A stretch of DNA of 64,000 bases from a bacterium (GTDB lineage: Bacteria > Patescibacteriota > Dojkabacteria > JAKAPS01 > JAJZLI01): contig JAJZWL010000001.1 of assembly GCA_021846685.1 (NCBI GenBank), forward strand, positions 387 to 64,386, in the 5' to 3' direction. The first letter of the stretch is position 1. Every line of letters starts with the position of its first letter. The notes beneath the pieces are model-generated. The model was not told where the DNA came from, did no database searches, and saw only the letters and a list, made by a program, of their open reading frames with translations. A program made the translations under genes and the position numbers. Shown piece after piece: positions 59,796 through 64,000 of the stretch.

Positions 59796-61463
59796 TTATT
59801 CTTTAACAACTCTCAATACTTCTTCTATAGATGTTATCCCCTCTGTAGCTTTAGCAAGTCCATCTTCTATCATAAGACTCATTCCGTTTTCTTGTGCTAT
59901 TTTTTGAATAATTTCTCCACTTTCTTTTTTTGTAATTAATTCTTTAATTTTGTCGTCTATTTCTAATATTTCATATATTCCGATTCTACCTTTATATCCA
60001 TTATTACAATATTCACATCCTACAGCTTTATAATATTTATTATTTTCTATTTTTTTATTAACTCCTTTTTTATTATATTGTTCATCTAAAATTTTCAAAG
60101 CTTTTGGATCCATTTTATATTCTTTCTTACATGTATTACATAATTTCCTAACTAATCTTTGTGCAATAACTACATTTAAAGTTGATGCAACTAAAAAGGA
60201 TTCTACTTGCATATCAATTAATCTCGGAATAGCTCCAGATGAATCATTTGTGTGAAGAGTAGACAAAACTAAATGCCCTGTCATTGCTGCATTTATAGCT
60301 ATATCTGCAGTTTCATTATCTCTAATTTCTCCTACCATTATGATATCCGGATCTTGTCTTAAAAAAGATCTTAGTCCTGTTGCAAAAGTTAATCCAATTC
60401 CAGTAGATACTTGAGTTTGATTTACTCTTGGCATAGTATACTCGATTGGATCTTCTACAGTATTTATATTTACTTCTGGAGTATTAATTTGAGATAGGAT
60501 AGTGTATAAGGTTGTACTTTTCCCTGATCCCGTTGGTCCTGTAACAAGTATCATTCCGACAGTTCTTTTTATAGAATCTTTAATTACCTCTAAATCTCTA
60601 TTTCTAAATCCTAAAGCTTCCAGATTATATGCTTTGGCATTATCTTCTAAAAGTCTGGCTACAATTACTTCTCCAAAATAAACAGGCATAGTAGAGACTC
60701 TAAAAGATATGTCTTGGTCATTTAGAGTTGTTTTAAATCTTCCATCCTGAGGTAGTCTATGCTCGTCAATTTTAAGATTAGATAAAATTTTTATTCTTGC
60801 CACTACTGCTTTATGTATATCAAGTGAATACATAGCTTGATCATGTAATATTCCATCAATTCTGTATCTTATTATAGCCCTTTCTTCCAGTGGTTCTATA
60901 TGTATATCAGAGGCCCCCATTGTTTTTGCATATTCCAAGATGGTATCTGTGATATTTATAATAGGAAGTGCATCTGCATCATTACCTTTAAGGCCCTTTG
61001 TAGCTTTTTCATTTTTTTCTATAATATTTTTTAGTTCTTCTTTTATAGAAGTTTTATACATTTTTAATCCTTCAAAAAAGGATAATTCAGTTATGAAATA
61101 TGGATCAACCATATATCCTGTTCCTTTTTTAACAAATTCTATAGTATTTATATCTCTAGGGTTTGTCATTCCAATTTTTAAGGTGGATTCAGTTCTGTCA
61201 AATGCTATAATTTTTTTTTCAATAGCAATTTTTTCCGGGAGTATTTTTACTATGTCTGCATCTATAGTTTTATGTATTAGAGAGATATGGGGGATCGAAT
61301 ATTCTTTTGTAACTAATTCTCCTAGTTGATCTTCTGTAATAATACTTCTTCCTATTACCAACTCTTCTATTGAACTAGAAATTTGTTTAGCTTTATCTTC
61401 TAATTTTTCATACTCCTCACTAGTTATATAGTTATTTTTTATTAATAAATCTTTTATATCCAT
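59796..61463 (-). CDS. pilB: Type IV pilus assembly ATPase PilB
   Basis: ASDIHIEP, PQDGR, GPTGSGKSTT, LRQDPD, tetracysteine motif. Confidence 0.95.
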   Translation of the reverse strand: MDIKDLLIKNNYITSEEYEKLEDKAKQISSSIEELVIGRSIITEDQLGELVTKEYSIPHISLIHKTIDADIVKILPEKIAIEKKIIAFDRTESTLKIGMTNPRDINTIEFVKKGTGYMVDPYFITELSFFEGLKMYKTSIKEELKNIIEKNEKATKGLKGNDADALPIINITDTILEYAKTMGASDIHIEPLEERAIIRYRIDGILHDQAMYSLDIHKAVVARIKILSNLKIDEHRLPQDGRFKTTLNDQDISFRVSTMPVYFGEVIVARLLEDNAKAYNLEALGFRNRDLEVIKDSIKRTVGMILVTGPTGSGKSTTLYTILSQINTPEVNINTVEDPIEYTMPRVNQTQVSTGIGLTFATGLRSFLRQDPDIIMVGEIRDNETADIAINAAMTGHLVLSTLHTNDSSGAIPRLIDMQVESFLVASTLNVVIAQRLVRKLCNTCKKEYKMDPKALKILDEQYNKKGVNKKIENNKYYKAVGCEYCNNGYKGRIGIYEILEIDDKIKELITKKESGEIIQKIAQENGMSLMIEDGLAKATEGITSIEEVLRVVKE

Positions 61464-62947
61464 TATTCGTTAGGAGGTACAGAATAATTTCCATTTGTAA
61501 TCTGTATTAACATTGAGTATATTTTACTTTGCGCTTCTTTCAATGTTATTTTTCCATTTATAACATTTTCAAATATATTTGCAGTTTTTCTATAATCTCC
61601 CATAGCCCAAGTTTTTGAGCTCGGAGCCATTTGTACAAATGGAGACATATATTTATATTTACTAGCAAGACTAGCCATGTCTACTCTAGGAAATACTTCT
61701 CCCAGAACTTCGCCATTTTGAATTTCACTATTATATAATTGTAGTAATACATTCCTGGAATCTAAGTAACGTATAAATTTCCATGCAGCAGTAGGATTTT
61801 TAGAATATTTTGTTACTGCTCGTCCAAAATATAACGATAAATTCACAGTATTTCCAGGTATTTGAGGAGGCATCACAATCCCTAAATTTAGATTAGGATT
61901 TAACTTTAAAATATTTTGTACTTCCCAAGAAGGTTCAAATACCATAGCAACAGAACCTCCTGCAAATGCAGATATTGAATTTGGAAATGTTGCTCCCCAT
62001 TGATCTTCTTGTGCGATTTTATTATATATATTCAAAGCTTCTTGACCATTTTGACCATTTGCAAAAGTTACTGCATTTCCTGAAATCATTTTTGTCTTAT
62101 TTAAGAACATAAGATAAGTAAGTATATTATATGAGTTATTTATATTAGATGTATTAGTTCCAATATCAATTGCTGCTTGGGTAACATTTCCTGCACTATT
62201 TTTTACTACTAATTTTGGAATTTGAGATATAAATGTATTTATATTTGAAGAAGGAGCAGTTAATCCTGCTTTTTGAAATTCTGTTTTATTATAAAATAAA
62301 GCAAGTCCGTCATAGTTTGAAGGAAGAGCATAAACATTATTTCCAGATGTAAAATCTGAAACAGCTGTACTGTAAAATAGGTTTTGAAATTGTAATTTTG
62401 TTATTACAGATGCTGGTGCAGGGGAAAGGAATTTTTGATATATAGGTATATATGTGTTTCCTACAGAAACTATATCAGGCTCATTTACTCCAGAAGAAAG
62501 TTTATTAAAAAGAGAACTTTCATAATATGTAGAGGGAACTTGTTGATATACTATTTTTACGTTAGGGTTTAATTTTTCATATTCTTTTATAACTGGAGTA
62601 TAAACACTACCCGGTTGCCTGATTCCCCACATAGTTAGAGTTATTAATTTTGATTTATTTGGTTTATAAAACTCAGTAAAATAAATTATGGTTATGCCTA
62701 TTATAAGTATTAATATTACTGATCCTATAGTCCAGTATATTAATCTTTGTTTCTTTTTTCTGATTTCATTTATTTCTACAAAAGCATTATTGGAGATTGC
62801 ATTCTGAGAATTGCTGGCATTATTATTATTATTTGAATTAGAGTTCTTATTATTTATATCAGTATCATATCTGTCAGGAGAAGCATTTTCTGTACCTAAG
62901 TTAGTATTAGGATCTTGGCTATTTATATTTTGATTATTATCTTGCAT
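61463..62947 (-). CDS. TM-anchored sugar-type extracellular solute-binding protein
   Basis: LTMWG, EYEKLNPNVKI, LFYNK, AAWKFIRYL. Confidence 0.85.
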   Translation of the reverse strand: MQDNNQNINSQDPNTNLGTENASPDRYDTDINNKNSNSNNNNNASNSQNAISNNAFVEINEIRKKKQRLIYWTIGSVILILIIGITIIYFTEFYKPNKSKLITLTMWGIRQPGSVYTPVIKEYEKLNPNVKIVYQQVPSTYYESSLFNKLSSGVNEPDIVSVGNTYIPIYQKFLSPAPASVITKLQFQNLFYSTAVSDFTSGNNVYALPSNYDGLALFYNKTEFQKAGLTAPSSNINTFISQIPKLVVKNSAGNVTQAAIDIGTNTSNINNSYNILTYLMFLNKTKMISGNAVTFANGQNGQEALNIYNKIAQEDQWGATFPNSISAFAGGSVAMVFEPSWEVQNILKLNPNLNLGIVMPPQIPGNTVNLSLYFGRAVTKYSKNPTAAWKFIRYLDSRNVLLQLYNSEIQNGEVLGEVFPRVDMASLASKYKYMSPFVQMAPSSKTWAMGDYRKTANIFENVINGKITLKEAQSKIYSMLIQITNGNYSVPPNE

Positions 62948-63807
62948 TATCTATTATTAACATAATCTTTGATCTCAGTCCATAGTACTGGATCATCTTT
63001 GGCATATTCAAGTGTTGTTTTTAAAAAATTCAAAGGATCTCCTGTGGTTAACCATTTTCCTTGAATTTTTGTAGCTAGGACTTTGTCTGTATGTGTTAAT
63101 TTTGAGATAGCATCAATAAGCCATAGTTCATTATTTTTACCTAGTTCTTTCTTGCTTAATTCCGATATAACATCTTGATTCAATATATATCTTCCAAAAG
63201 AAGCTAAATTTGATTTTGCATTTTCTATCTTAGGTTTTTCAATTACATTATTAACAGTAATCCCATCTTTTTTTAATTCTACATTACTATATTTATTAAC
63301 TTCAGTATGTTCAATTTCTTGTGTTGCAAGAATAACTTTTCCTGGGTGTGTATATGAAAAATCTATTAATTGTTTTGTTGCAGGAATAGTTGCTTTTACA
63401 ATATCATCTCCAAACATATATACAAAATTCTCTTCATCTTTTATTAAATTTTGAGCAACTAAAAGTGGAGTTCCATTTCCATAAGGAAGATGTTTTTTTT
63501 GTCTGACATATATATAGTTAGCTCTTTTGGGCAGCTCTTTCAGCTCTTTTAATATATCTGTTTTTCCATTTTCTCCTAAATATACTTCTAAGTCGATATT
63601 ATTATCAAAGTGACTTTCTATTGCATACTGTCCCCTCGTGACCATTATTATATCTTTTATTCCTGAATCTATCAGTTCTTCTACTAAATATTGAATAATA
63701 GGCTTATTTATTATGGGAAGCATTTCTTTAGGTTGTACCTTTGTTGCTGGCAAAAACCTAGTTCCATATCCAGCTAGGGCAATTACTGCTTTTGTAATTT
63801 TCTTCAT
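62947..63807 (-). CDS. galU: UTP--glucose-1-phosphate uridylyltransferase
   Basis: AGYGTRFLPATK, PKEMLP, IEKP, GRYI. Confidence 0.93.
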   Translation of the reverse strand: MKKITKAVIALAGYGTRFLPATKVQPKEMLPIINKPIIQYLVEELIDSGIKDIIMVTRGQYAIESHFDNNIDLEVYLGENGKTDILKELKELPKRANYIYVRQKKHLPYGNGTPLLVAQNLIKDEENFVYMFGDDIVKATIPATKQLIDFSYTHPGKVILATQEIEHTEVNKYSNVELKKDGITVNNVIEKPKIENAKSNLASFGRYILNQDVISELSKKELGKNNELWLIDAISKLTHTDKVLATKIQGKWLTTGDPLNFLKTTLEYAKDDPVLWTEIKDYVNNR

Positions 63808-63888
63808 ATGAATATTCTATATTATTTAGTATATAAAATGCAAAATTTAACTTTAAATATTATTGTCTTTGTGATATCTTATATTAGT

Positions 63889-64000
63889 ATGGATAGTACT
63901 GAAAAAACACACGCAATACCTCAAAATATAATGAGTGTAGAGTTCAAATTGATAGGAGATTTATCGTTAAAACAATTTGTTTTTATAGCGATCCCACTTG
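63889..64000 (+). CDS. PrgI-family (VirB3-like) protein, 3' partial
   Basis: Not in the ORF track; MDSTEKTHAIPQNIMSVEFKLIGDLSLKQF fits the PrgI N-terminal pattern. Confidence 0.75.
   Translation, partial: MDSTEKTHAIPQNIMSVEFKLIGDLSLKQFVFIAIPL

Noticed and set aside
62800-62940. AAT-type microsatellite
   Set aside because: Encodes the Asn-rich tail of the binding protein; ordinary low complexity
1-64000. CRISPR array, cas genes, rRNA, tRNA, reverse transcriptase/DGR
   Set aside because: No repeat-spacer periodicity, cloverleaf, rRNA-like GC-rich tract or RT motif was recognised by eye
1-64000. Recoded TGA (genetic code 25, as in Gracilibacteria)
   Set aside because: Conserved genes are full length in code 11, Trp is TGG, and TGA ends genes such as dnaK

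Overview
Very AT-rich bacterial chromosome segment read in genetic code 11. Gene content and style suggest Patescibacteria/CPR (Microgenomates- or Dojkabacteria-like); this is inference. The window spans the replication origin (dnaA-oriC-dnaN) and housekeeping genes (valS, rplY, trmD, trxA, hrcA-grpE-dnaK, rpmH-rnpA-yidC, rsmA, galU). It also holds a pentose-phosphate cluster, a Wzm/Wzt polysaccharide exporter, a split type IV pilus locus, an intact IS1634-family element with a 126-bp direct repeat beside a decayed relative, and several intact or decayed toxin-antitoxin modules. The best candidate for an undescribed system is a tightly coupled 8-gene, ~12-kb operon (9682-21586, minus strand). 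It encodes a VirB6/TrbL-like membrane protein, a 1559-aa glycine-zipper membrane protein with a degenerate M23-like tail, a secreted NlpC/P60 peptidase, an NTF2/VirB8-like protein and a lytic transglycosylase, and is plausibly a host-wall-breaching contact apparatus. Other leads are a cyclase-family hydrolase where pgl is missing from the pentose-phosphate cluster, and widespread leaderless-type starts contrasted with one perfect Shine-Dalgarno on the major pilin. All protein calls are by motif recognition; no database searches were run.
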